DNA of 64,000 nt from Raillietiella orientalis (Eukaryota), in assembly GCA_036172245.1 (NCBI GenBank), contig JAYWIR010000004.1, positions 2,232,001 through 2,296,000 on the forward strand. Direction: 5' to 3'. This document shows, piece by piece, positions 38,701 through 51,400 of this stretch; positions within the stretch are counted from its first letter, which is position 1, and each line of letters opens with the position of its first letter. Made by a program: the position numbers and the translations under genes. The notes under the pieces were generated by a model that searched no databases, had not been told where the DNA came from, and worked only from the letters and a program-made list of their open reading frames with translations.

Positions 38701-41700
38701 AGAGGTATATGCAGTTATTAAATTCGCTCTGTTTCAATTTTAAGAAAAATTGAAAAATGCCATCTCGCAATGGACCATCCTTTATAGCTCGAAGCGTAAC
38801 CAACACCATTGGGTATACGGTATTCTGCAGTGCAGTCCACTCCCAGACCAGAAGACCTACGTCATGTTATACATCAACAAGAGACATTCAGGGTGTTCTC
38901 TAAAAATATACTAGATTTATGCAGAAAACATGAATTTTATTAAACAGAATGTACTTGTTAAAGTCAAAATAATCACCATTCGAACACCACGAAAGGACTC
39001 TTCCTAAAACAGTGGCCAGCAGCAAGACCTGAACATTATCTCCAAACTCTCGGAAGCTGGTACCATTATCTTGCTACCTTGAGATCTTTGAAAAACAAAA
39101 TGCAGCACACCTATGTGACTGCGAAAAAATAATGACTATAGTTTCATTCGAGAGCAGGAGTCCGTATAACATTCCTTCATGGAGCCAGCTGTACCATAGA
39201 AGTTTTAGAAGATCCGAGTCAGCATGATTTCGAGGTGCATGAGAGATAGAGCCTGCAGCCACCTGAACATGCACAGAGACAATTAGGTGTGGAAGAGGTA
39301 GAAGTCAATGCAGCAGTTGGCAGTGGATCTCACATTTATTAACAGAAATGGATAATATTAAGTGATGTTAAAAAATGAATTTGAGCCCGAAACTAATTAA
39401 CCCAAAATTAGGTTTGTAAAACCATTCCACCCTGAATAGGATGGTGAGTGCATACCTCCATACAAAAAATTCCGAACTTCTAATATGAATCGACTTGTTG
39501 TCATGGATGATCTACTTTTTTCATAAAATTTTGTCTTTACTACAGCCAGATTTCTCAAGATCACATTGCAGCTGTAAATCTTTGCTCCTTAGTAACGAAC
39601 GAGAATGCCCAACCAATTCAGACATTTTTTTTTGTTTTTTTCTTGTTTATTTCTAAAAATTGGGTATGCAACCTCTGATATTTGGACTGGATATGGCATA
39701 CAGTATTTCAGGCACTTTAGCACAGCAAATTTGCATCTCACGAGAGGATCGTTTTTGGATGTTACTTTCGTGATTTGTTGTTTCTGGTTACTAGACGAGT
39801 CCAAACTGGGTTCTTAGAGCATAATTTAGATCCAACTGTTTACATAGTTACTCACAGCAATCCATTTAGTGATCCCTTTGTTCTTATGGTTCGCATTCGT
39901 TGTTCACCTAAGCAAGGCGTGGCATTCGGTTCCCAAATAAGAAGGAATATGGCAAATCACATCAATGAAATGCAACTGTAAAAAAAAAAATATAGTAGAT
40001 TGTATAATTTCATCAGTGTTGTATCTAATTTAGTTTGTTTACATAAATGTAATATGTACTCGAATGTACATAAAGTGGGCAGACTGCAGATAAATGCAAA
40101 ATATACACGTATTATACAGAAAATTTCCATTCTTTACTTCGCAGTTTGTCTGAAAGTTGGACCGAGTATGCCTCAGCCAAAATTAAAGGAGTAGGCATCA
40201 GGCTGCTGATGTGTTTACGATAGAGCTACATTTGCTATTTATGCAAGGTCCCACCAACCATCAGAACAACCCGAAAGGCTTATATATTCGGATATTCCCC
40301 CCCCCCCTCCAATTATTGGTCCATTTTGGCCGCTTTTCAAGATACTTTTGACTTGAATAAATGGAGAAGTACAGATCGATAGCGCCGTTGTGTGTCAGTC
40401 AAAGTCATTATGGCACAGATGACTCGGTAGATAGTCGGATTACCTGTATTCTTCCATTCATCAAAGTGGTAGTTGGGCAAACTCCTTCAGTGGACCGTAT
40501 TTATACTTTGCTCCGAATGTCCAAATATCTATATTTATGGCATCAAGACCGTTAGCATCATATTATGGATTTGAAAGCATCCTCATTACCTGATGTTTTT
40601 CGACTTACAGCTTCTACGGTCGCAATTCCTTTTCGCGTGTTCATTTGGATACAGTGGTGCTCATAGGAACAAAACTGTTCTACTAAACGGATGCCAACAT
40701 TCGATCTTGATAAAGATAATATTGGACTATTTTTAAACTTATTGCCAAAATCCGGAAGCGTTTTCATGCTAAGGCTTGCGTCGTGTAGAGATTCCATGCT
40801 TCCAGTCGAATATAGGGAAATTGTAGCTATTATGCATCATACATCTACTTTTTACAACATCTATTGCGCTAATTGGTGCCTCCATTAGAGTCCACCCATC
40901 AAACATTAAGTCTGATACTGCATTCGCCACCGCAACTGTAACTCCTGACACAATCAGGGAAGTAATACCTTCTGCTGAGGAACAAACTCTGATGTTTCGG
41001 AGTTGCCCACTGTCAAACTACACTCTCATCGACTTTGGAATGTGATGGAAATAAACTCTCTAGCAACAACTTCCGGAATGCCAATTATTGCATCTCATCT
41101 ACGCCGGGATTTTGAATTCTGGACAGATTAGAGATCTGTTATGGGCTTGGGTTGTATTGGCTGTTTCCTCCACTTGTAGTAGGAGATGTATAGCAAGAGG
41201 CTTTGCAGCTACGAGCTCAAAAGTGTGGCGGACACTGGTATGCGCTCATCTGGAATGCATTGCAGGCAAAGGCATCGAGTAATGGATACAGAGGCAAAGC
41301 ATAAAGAAAGGAGGCCTTCGAGTAGGAAAATAGTAAGACGAGTACCATGGCAGCTAACAGTAGAGAGTCGAGAAGAATATCGCGTGGGGTAAGGAATATC
41401 TCGTAGCAAACGGAATGGAAACGCACTTTCGAAAGGGGGAATGAAGAATTTTGTCACATTCCGTTCCACAATCGCTAATGTTTCAGCATGTGTTTTCCAC
41501 TAATAAGAGAACTCTGGTTCTGCAAGAAATGAAGATTCCGGAGTCTGTTTGCATTTCAGGATTACCAGCTGACTACTTGGCTTGCTTGGTCGAAACCGTC
41601 TCCTTTCATGCTTAATGAAACAAGATCTCATATTGAACGTTTGGTGCTAAATGTCGGAGCCTAATATTACGAACCTCAGAGGGCTCGTGATATTAGCAAG

Positions 41701-41899
41701 GTGCTTGTAAACTCTGTGAGGCAAGTCATCAATTCAGTCTGCGCTTAGAGGACTTCTGGACTTGAGAGCATCAAAGGTAGCAAAAACAATTTCATGGAAA
41801 CGCTTGTTGTCAGAATGGCAGTGGTCTCATGGATAAGATTTTGAGCAGGATAGTGACTTGTCAGAAGTTTACGAGGGCAATCCTAATTGCGAAATCGTC

Positions 41900-42500
41900 T
41901 TCAGCTTAGGACAAAAGTCATCGGATGTGAGCAGTGTCAGTTGACTGCAAAGGTGATGGGCCTCTTCCGAAGTCTGCGAGAGTGGACTATCGACAAAGTC
42001 ATCTCCTGCAGCGAAAGAGGTTCTTACCATGCGATGGAGTCCTCAAGAAAAATTTCCTTCTGAAACGCAGGCTGGATGACCGTAACATATGTGTATGTTG
42101 TTCATGGACCTAACAGGCGCATAGTTCCACATGAACTGCTGCATGGAGTTCGAGGCAGCATGAGGCAGGAGAAGTCTTCGAAGGTATCAAGAAGACTTGT
42201 GCACAGGTCGCAAGTTGGCACGTACGGGATCATGATCCACAAGGGATTTGCAGAGTGGAGAAATGATTCCCTCTCAGTTTCCTGCTATTCAATCTGCCAC
42301 TGAGGTCATTCTTCTTAGGATAAGAGGAACTAGGAGATACTCCTACTATTCTGTGCTGATGATCTTGTCTTGATATAGGAATCTGTAATGAACTCCATGA
42401 ACGCCTTCACTTGCTGTATGATTCATGTCCAAAAGTTAGGCTATCCATTAGTCCGAGCAAACACTAGTTGCTGCTCTTTGGGAGCAAGACATCGAGAGGA
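41900..42500 (+). mobile_element. Degenerate reverse transcriptase of an R2/NeSL-like non-LTR retrotransposon
   Basis: Frameshifted motifs in RT order: KRFLPCDGVLKKNFLL, LFMDLTGA/VPHELL, KG..SLS..LLFNL, LLFCADDLVLI, LSISPSK. Confidence 0.7.
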
Positions 42501-45500
42501 GTAGGAACTGTTGTGATCAGCGAAAGTGCAGAATCATTTTGAGACAGCCATCGATGTTATCACATGAGCTAACTAACATGAAACCCTTCTTTCATACGCT
42601 CTGTTGGAACAAACGATGGAAGAGATGTGCTCTGGTTTTGAATCTAGAGGAAAGTTCCTCTATGACAGAAAGGGAACTAATTGTCACCAGTAGCAGCCAT
42701 GAAGAAGTGTAAGAAAGGGAACGATGGAAGCCTGGGATGCTTCCACATTCTTCAGAACCGATCCAAACACGCAGTTCTAAGGAAGATGGCTCCTGGTTCT
42801 TAAGGTGATACTTGACAGAGATGCTCCAATAATAAATTTGCACCATTGGAATTTCTAATAGGCAAGAAGGATACCATAATCAACTGCGACCCGCCGTTTG
42901 GCTGAATGTCGAAGTTACATAGAGCGAAAGAGTTAATGTCTGGAGCAAACTGAACAGAGAACTGCATTAGATCGGAGTGAGTATATCAAAAAGTTCAGGG
43001 ATACTGACGAAGAGCTGGCTGAGGAAAAAAAATCTTGCTGCGTCATAGCTGAGTATTATAGCTCACAGATTGTAACAGGGATTGTCTGAAACGGTCAGTT
43101 CCAATCTCGGAAGAGTATCGAAAAGGGTGGAATACATTGATTGGGAGTGTCCAGCGGGCGTTTCTTAGAGCATTGTATCAAGGGGAATACAGCAATTGTG
43201 GAAGCTCCACATTCGCTGAGGATCTGTTCTTTCCAGAGTGCTTCTCTGAAACTGGGTTTCCAGCCTCAGTTGCGAGTTGCCCTAGTGTTGTATTCTCTAA
43301 AGCGCCTGCAACAGTTTCTTGACGTTTGTATCACTGCTAGCTGCTGGTCCTTCTCCAGCTTCCAACAAATTAATCTGGAAAGTTTCTGCAGCCCTCTTTT
43401 CCAGGTATCTCATTTCCTGATGGAGATGGGACACCAAGTCCCACGGAAGTTTAAATAGTCATGGAGGCTCTGCTCATAAGCCAGAAGGCTGCTCAGAGAG
43501 ATCCGTTTGGGGAAAAGGGGGAGGAGAACAAGTATGGACCAAAAACTAAATAAATATCTACGTGTGAAGGAAGGACTTTGGGGAAGGATCAACAATAATC
43601 CCTGTACACCCTCTACATCCTGTTCCTAACAGTGTTCATATTTAGTGTCCCTTGTGGAACCAACTCGTCGTCCTCTCCAGAAAGGAGTTCATTATGGGAA
43701 TAGCGCTCCTATCGTGCTTCGTCATCTGGAGACGCTGGCCTGCTTATTAAACAATTACATAAACATACAGTAATACAAAAGAGAGAGAGGAGGCTGGCCG
43801 CGGTCCAAACCAAGTAAATGTTCGGGGTGGAGGGACAGAGAGAGGGAGGATGGTACTGATGAAGAAAAATAAAACTTACTTGAAAGAGGTATGAAATGGG
43901 GAGAAATCACTAGTGTCTGTCAGTCAACAACCTGATGTTGCGAAGAGTCCTGGCAATGCCAAGTACCGTCTGAGGATCTAGGCGTGACCATTGCACTCAC
44001 TGTTCCATGGAGCTGAAGGAGTTCTACTGGAAGGGTGAATGGCTGCACACCCACCCTGTCTTGGTTTCAAGACCTATCGTTCCAGGATTATCCAACAGAT
44101 GGAACGGTATTGGTTTCGCTGCAGCGGAATGGAGGCCATTAACCTGGAAGAATCTCCGCGGTAGTCCTTGGGGCAGTCTTGGGAGTATGCCGAAGATACT
44201 TGTTTTTTTTTTCGGGATCAAACCCTAAAAGGATGGCTCAGCGTCCCAGTCCTTTCACCCAAATGCATGATGTTGCATGGGTCACCTTAATTCTAGTTGT
44301 CCATTTCCTCAGGAATTCTGAGTTGTACATGATGACTCATATCACTACTCGGTGTGCCACTTATATGCTGTCTTCCCAATCGCCTAACAAAATAGAAAAG
44401 AGAGAGCTACAGGCATAAGTCTGGAAAGCCTTGCAGGCTCTCTAGTCTCCGAGTGATCTAACCAATCTGCAGGTAGTCTCCATATGCTTCCCTGTGGGTC
44501 TTTCTTTCTGGGAAGCAGTTTGATCTCAATTCTCGGATCGTAGAGAAGAAACGACCGTTCGGCCCCTTACACGAGTGCAGCTGACCTCCAAGGATAGCAT
44601 GGCCAGTTACGTTCCCGTTGTGCTGTTTTTCCTCAGCGTTTTGCGCCGCAACTATGCTGCAGAGGCAGTAGAGAAGTGCGATCGCCGCGGATGACAGCAT
44701 TGCACTGAACATGGAAGGGCACATTAGAACTTCTCTGGACTTGACCACCGGAAATAGAAGGGCTTTCTCGAGACCTTTCCAACCGCATCGGAGGGCACAA
44801 CAATCCTTCAGAGGATGCAGTAGGGATTCGACAGAAAGGTCTTCGACTTTCTCGCATCAGAGACAGTTTGGGACTACACTTTCACGCATCCGATGGACCT
44901 CGTTGTCCACCGGAAGCAGCGGCCATCAGGATCCGCATAACGCTCAATTGCGCAGCGTTGATACGTCGCGTGCATCGTCCTAGGAGCAGTTTTCCTGGAG
45001 GAAATGGAAAGGAACAAGAAAAAGCCATAGCCACTCCCTCTAGTCACATCACTGTGTTTCCTATGGTTTCCAACCGGAAGGGTGGGTGATGTCATGTTAT
45101 GCAGAAGGAGAGACGAAACTGTGAGCCAGTGGAAGAAGGGCCAGGTGGCTGGCGCGGAGACACCTACTACTGAGAGCTGCTTCGCTGGGCAGAATACCTG
45201 CAGGTTCCACCGTAAGGGAATTGCGAACCTTCCCCTCTGTCTGGACAGCTCTGTGCTCCTCATCCTTAGGTGCCAGCACGAAGAGACTTTGCTATTCGTG
45301 CACTGGGGCTTCCCGTGCAACAAGAGACGTCATCTCTGGACGAGGGAGAGCGTCTCCGCGAACGGCGCCAGCTTCCGGGAGATGGAAGTTTGCTGTTGGA
45401 CTGCGATGAACTTCGGAACGTGTGGAAACGCTTCGAAACCGCCCTGCTTCGGCCCGAAGACATTCCGAAAGGGATTCTGCGGTGCTGCTTCGCTCGGGTT

Positions 45501-46139
45501 GGGCTTCCTCCTGTTCTCTCGATCGCCCAATCCTGTGTTGCTCCAGGTGGATCGTGGCGTCCCGGAACACTAAGGAGGCGCGACAACAAGAAGGAGTACA
45601 TGCCTCCTTTCCTCAATAATGAAAAATGTCATAAAATGGTCTTCTACGAATAGTAGTCAAAGATGACGCTTTCTGCATCGCATGCAGGTTACAGAAGACG
45701 CGTTGAGTGGGATCGGTGGCCCCTGTCCATCTCCCTTTTTCAAATTTCTTTATTGTCCCTTCCCCTACATCTTCCCTGACCTTCTGTGTAGCTGGTCTGC
45801 TTGTCGCTGGTTCCCCTTTTTCTTTTTTCTCCTCCCTGACTTTTTTCATAGACTAGTAGATTTACTAATGCACATGGCCTGTTTACTTTTTCTTGTTGAG
45901 AAAACAGACTCCTTGGCATAACCAGGTAAAAATGGACCCCGTTGTACTTTGAAAAGATTCTGCTATTAAAGATGGAGCTGTAATTCTACTTTACAATTAT
46001 GGCCTTGATAGCTGAAAAGTGGATGAAAAACTTGTTCTGCTGAGTTCGACATCCTATACCGTGCAGTCGTTTGTGGGGGGCTGTCGTCCCGGTTACTTCG
46101 CAACCGAGACCACATGAAACTTCTTGGTCTCACACTGAG

Positions 46140-46199
46140 TCAGATTGCCACCCTTTTGGAAGAATCCCTGAGGATTCTTTCAAAAGGGTGGCAATCTGA
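46140..46199. repeat. Near-perfect 28-bp inverted repeat with a 4-nt loop
   Basis: TCAGATTGCCACCCTTTTGGAAGAATCC-ctga-GGATTCTTTCAAAAGGGTGGCAATCTGA, 27/28 complementary. Confidence 0.9.
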
Positions 46200-48329
46200 G
46201 GATCTCCTGCCATGCCCTAAACTACAACGCATAAAGGCAGGAGGCAGTGGGCATCTGGGTGTGCTCCACAGGCACCTATCCAACCTTGATTCTCACCGTG
46301 TACAACCTGGGAAAATCTCCTTGGATGACTTGTAACAGGACCCAAGAAATGGGTCTAGTCACCGCTATCCCCTTAACTGCAGAGCTGTTCTCCCTGTGAG
46401 ATAAGAACGTGAAATACAATTGCCAACCGGTAGGGTAAGAGTTTTACCGTTCTGAGTAACGAGATAGCTAGGCGAATAATTAAAGGATCAGGTAACTGAC
46501 ACAGAAACACTTAATGCCTACACTAAAGGACTGCTCATCCAGGCGCATCTTCTGAGCATACCACCTCGTAACTGGTGATGTCTTCTCTCTGTTTGGATAA
46601 CTCCGTGCTGTCTCTCAAGTGGAAGCACGCAGCTTTGCTCTTCGTACATTGGATTTATCATGAAAGGAGCGTCAGCATGACTAGATAAGAAGAGCATCTC
46701 CCCAAATGTGCTGGAAAGTGAAAACATTCTTATGAAATTTGATATGGCGCTCATAGAATTTGTTGGAATTCTGCTTTTGGAGGCATTTTGGCCTGAGCAT
46801 GTTCGTTTTTTCCAGGGTATCTACTCATTGGGAGATTTTTCGGTGTCAGAAAAAAACAATTTCGTGCCCACACCTGTGGAAAAGTATTGATTTCCTTCTA
46901 CCTTTTTGCTCGAAATTCCCTGTTCCCAGACAGTATGCACTTTTCTCAGCTTCATTTCTTATTAATAAAATCCGGATTTTCCTCACGGAAGCAAACTACT
47001 AAGCGTTCTCACGCTGAATTTTTTGGTCTGCTCTTAATTATTCGTTTCCTTTTTGGAGAACTGATTGAAGAAAGAGTTCCTCTGTGTGCTCTTGTCTTTA
47101 ATATTTATACAGCTGACTCTTCTCACAGGGGTTTAAGCGGTTTTTCTGAGATGTTTTTGTACAGTGGCTACACCTGCACCATGCACTGCTTCGACTCAAT
47201 ATTGTGTCCTATTATTTTCTCATCCATTTTCCAGAATTCCTGCAGCATGACATTTCTCGCGCTAATCCTATGTATGGATACTGCATTACTTCAAAGAGAA
47301 ATATCAGTCCTCTCGTTTGATGATCTCCTTTCGAGCCAGTTTCGAAGACTTATAGTTATTCATAACTGCAGGCTGTTAATTTCTTTTGGCTTTAGGCCAG
47401 TTCCTTGAACTTCCAGAAATTCCAAGTACTCGAATACTGAGATCGTTTCATCTTTCTGGTAAAAGACTCACCAGTAAGAACCTATTCGAGAATTCCACCT
47501 GAGAATGGGAATCAAATCACTGAAAAAGTCACTGTCGGCAGCAAATTAGCCTCTAGTTATGTTCTTGCTATCCCGAAATAGTGTTGAAATCTTAAGAATT
47601 TGAAAGAGGTTAAGGTTCCACAAGCTTTTTTCATGGATGTATGGTCGTTTCTGAATCACAAGATATCTTCACACAACGAAGATTTTAGTCACATTAATTG
47701 AAAAGTAACAAAAACTATTACACATAAACTGTAAACTGCATTCTACTTCTGACTATCATATTATTTTGAACCAGGCAACTATAGAATGATTTCGAATTAT
47801 TTCACTTATTTTTAATTGTTTCTCATCCTTTTATTTCTTTATTTACAGCAAACAACTTTTATTTTTATATTATTTAGTTAATTACCGTTCTAATTAACAA
47901 TAAAACGAAACCACGTGAATAAAAGGTCAATGTAGCATTTGAAAGTTCATGAGGAAACACTAATGCTTGAAGGGTTTTGAAATTATTGATACATAATTAA
48001 ATTTATTCATAATAGGAAAGTTACTTCCATCAAATTAAAAAACCTTATAAATTTTCCGATTTTTTAAAAATCACCTTAAGAATACAGAATACTTTAGTAT
48101 TTAAACTATGTAATTATGTCCATATTAAACAAAATAAGAAGAAATGATCATTGTTGCTTATTATAAAAAAACAGTTGAAACAAACAGGAGTTAGTCTTGG
48201 ATTTGTTATCTGTAGATAAATTTAGTTGCCTTCCCAGACATATAATATGAAAATCGTAAAAATAATTCTTGGTTTGATGGAAACTGTAACACTGGTTTGC
48301 GACAGTAACAACATTAGCCGTGATATGGT

Positions 48330-48434
48330 ATGGCGATGTGTGGTGAAGGCAAACGTTTAGTGTTAGAAGGAATGCCTTGTAAGGCAGGTGTAGATCACCT
48401 TTCTGAAGGCGATTTAGAGGATGCAAGTAATGAG
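48330..48434 (+). CDS. Raf: Raf probable first coding exon
   Basis: ATG-initiated 35 open codons ending ..LEDASNE|GTTGCA, phase 0 into the BRS exon; the donor is weak. Confidence 0.6.
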
Positions 48435-51400
48435 GTTGCAATATAACTTTATTTTCAGATACTTTTACATATTATAAGAATAATAAAATCTAATCAAGTA
48501 TTTATTATAATATTTTTTAACTTATTGTGAATATATGAATGATGTTTGTAATTTGCAGTATTTTATTTCCAACTGTGAATATTTCAGCTTCTTAACATCA
48601 GGAATATAATCAGACTTACGAAAGAAAATCTTGATGCCCTGAATGCAAAGTTTGCAGGATTTCCGAATCCACCATCGTTATACATATCGGTATGCATCGT
48701 GATTGTAACTAGAATGAGCTTCTTAAACATAATGCTGTTTTTGTGATAGCGCAATCTTTGATTTCAGGAATACGATGAACTTACGAATAAATTGCACGAG
48801 TTTGAAAAACAAGAACAGAAACTTTTAGACCAGGTCTGTGTACATCATACATCAATGAAATATGAGAAATCTAATTTATCAGAAAGTTCGAATACCCTAC
48901 CTTTTCGACATGATATTTCATTGTTAGAATCATCAGGGAAATCAAATGGTAATTTTCTTTCTGTATTTGAATTAAAGTTCATTTAGCCCCCAATTTCCTT
49001 TTCCTATATGTTTCTTGAGGCACAGATTCTCCCTCTGTACGTTTTCGTAATCTGCATTTCTTAAAGCTAATTTTTTTCGTTCATATCTTCAGAATTAAAT
49101 TGCTAAATTTCTGGCATTCATGAAATCTTTCAAAGATTGAGCTACATTTTTCATGATGTATAAACATATAAACATTCTACATGAGCAGCTTCATTGTGAT
49201 AAAGAACAAAGTTGTTTTCTTTTAGTATGCGTAATTGTCTTCCTATACTAATCCTTCATGTATGACAGCATCAATTCTTTAAAGTTATTTTTATATTCTC
49301 CAGGATTTAGTATGAAATGACAAGTTATGATACAAGCAAAATCAAATACTTCACAATTACTTTCCATGATTGTTTAATTAACTTTCCATGAATTGTAGAA
49401 TTGCTTTAATTTGCTTCATTTTCGACTATTGGTGCCTTTATTTATCTTCTGAACAACTTTCATTGTATTTATTTGAATGTCCATTAACTTAGCATTGTGA
49501 AAAGTCTCCCCATATAGTAGTCAGATATGAATAATGAAACAGTCAAACTATAATTTGAATTAATTGACACCAGTTGCTTGTGAATTGTAGTTTTGAAAAC
49601 AAAAGTATATTTGGTTTTGTGTGTCATTGAACTTCATTGTTCATATATATATAGGGTATGGGTATCAAGTGTATTATTGTTGAGCACAGAAAAGTGACAG
49701 GATGGTGAAGAGTGGAAGTAGTTTTGGTGTTAGCCTAGAAAATTGCTCTTATAATAGTGGAAATAAGAATTTCTTTTAAAATTACCCTTTTTATGTTGTA
49801 CTTATTATGACATTTCAAATTAGTTTCTAAGATATATGTATTTATGGAACTGGCCAAGCTGTGAGTAAGATGTAAATAATTTTCTAAGACAATTTATTTA
49901 AAAAATCTGATGATTTTTTTCCTTTTCAATGTACATTTAGCAATTATAAAACGTTTAAATTCAACAATAAGTCAACTTGATCGATTTGTTTTTAAGTTTT
50001 CAAACATTTTTGGATGTATGTCTTAAAGGTTGATTCGTGTATCTCAAGTATAAGTATGGTGCTACAAGTTCAGTGTTAACGTATGTAACTTGGGTTATAT
50101 ACAAATGTTGATTGCATTTAATAAATAGAGTATTAAGTGTTCTGGGTATATGGAACTCATGCTCAAGCATTTTCGGAAGCATATTGCTGATTTTTAGTAA
50201 GTAGTTATGCTCATTGTTTACCTTGAAACAACAAATATTGGAAGATTCCTTCATTATCCATCGAGATGTAGGCCGTACCACTGCATAAATGTATTATATT
50301 GATATATTTCAGCCTTATTTTGCTGTTTATCAAATTAAATTTTAGTTTTTAATGGCTCCAGTGATGATGACTTATTGTTGAAATCTTGCAAATCACCACT
50401 AAAGTCAGTGATTAGAGCTTATCTTCCCAACCAGCAAAGAACAGTATTGCAAGTTAAAAATGGGCAAACGCTGAGAGAAGCATTGTCAAAGGCACTTAAA
50501 AACCGAACTCTTAGACCAGAACATTGTCTTGTTTATAAACATACTGATAGAGTAAGTATTTATTTCTTTATAAGTTTGAGCCTGATTTTGTTGTGAAACT
50601 ATATAAATATTAGTTATATATATGAAAACTTTTGAATTGCAGTAGATAAAAATCCATAATTTCATCATTAATGCTATCGTTGGATTCATTTTTCTATAAT
50701 TGTTCATTGCACAATTAATGCTGTAATTATTGTAGTGCATCATTGTGTTTTATGATGTTACATGGTTGTTCTGAATTAGTGTCTTCAGTTCATGTTCCCC
50801 TTTTAATCAGAATGGTAATGGTTGTTTAAAATGAATAGCTATGATTACTTTGATACTATGCTGTAAACATAAGAACAGAATAAGGTGGAAAGTAAAAAGT
50901 AGTTAGGAATTATATGTATAAAAGTATTCGTGAATTCTGTGTAGGTGACTTGGTTCTGTGTATTTGAGCATGTGGTATTCAGGCACTTTAAATAATCTCA
51001 TAAGCTTCATCAACTTTGTAATTTTGTTTCTAATTTTCTGTTTAAATCCAGCTCTTTGTTTCCATACAGGTGAAGCCATTCATTTTATGCAGTTTCGTAT
51101 GGATAATTTAAATGAAACAAACATGATAATTAAAAACATTAATGCTTTGCTTTATTCCATTTCCAGTGTGATTGGATATTTTTGCAAGTTCATGATTAAA
51201 TTCTGATATGAGTCATTTTTAGAGATACATTTTTGAATAATACTGTATCATACTCAATAAGTGTACAAATATTTATATAGGAAGGACGCCTTTGCAGATG
51301 TTTGACTGAGTTTGAGTTGGATTTTTGCATGATATGTGGTTGTATGATGCTATGTAATCGATATGTAATTTGCTTTATTCTGTATTCATAGGTTCCTTTA

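Noticed and set aside
45082..45653. Overlapping 127-163 aa ORFs
   Set aside because: No recognisable domain; GC-rich patch
46887..47408. 173-aa hydrophobic ORF
   Set aside because: T-rich composition artefact with a non-ATG start and no recognisable family
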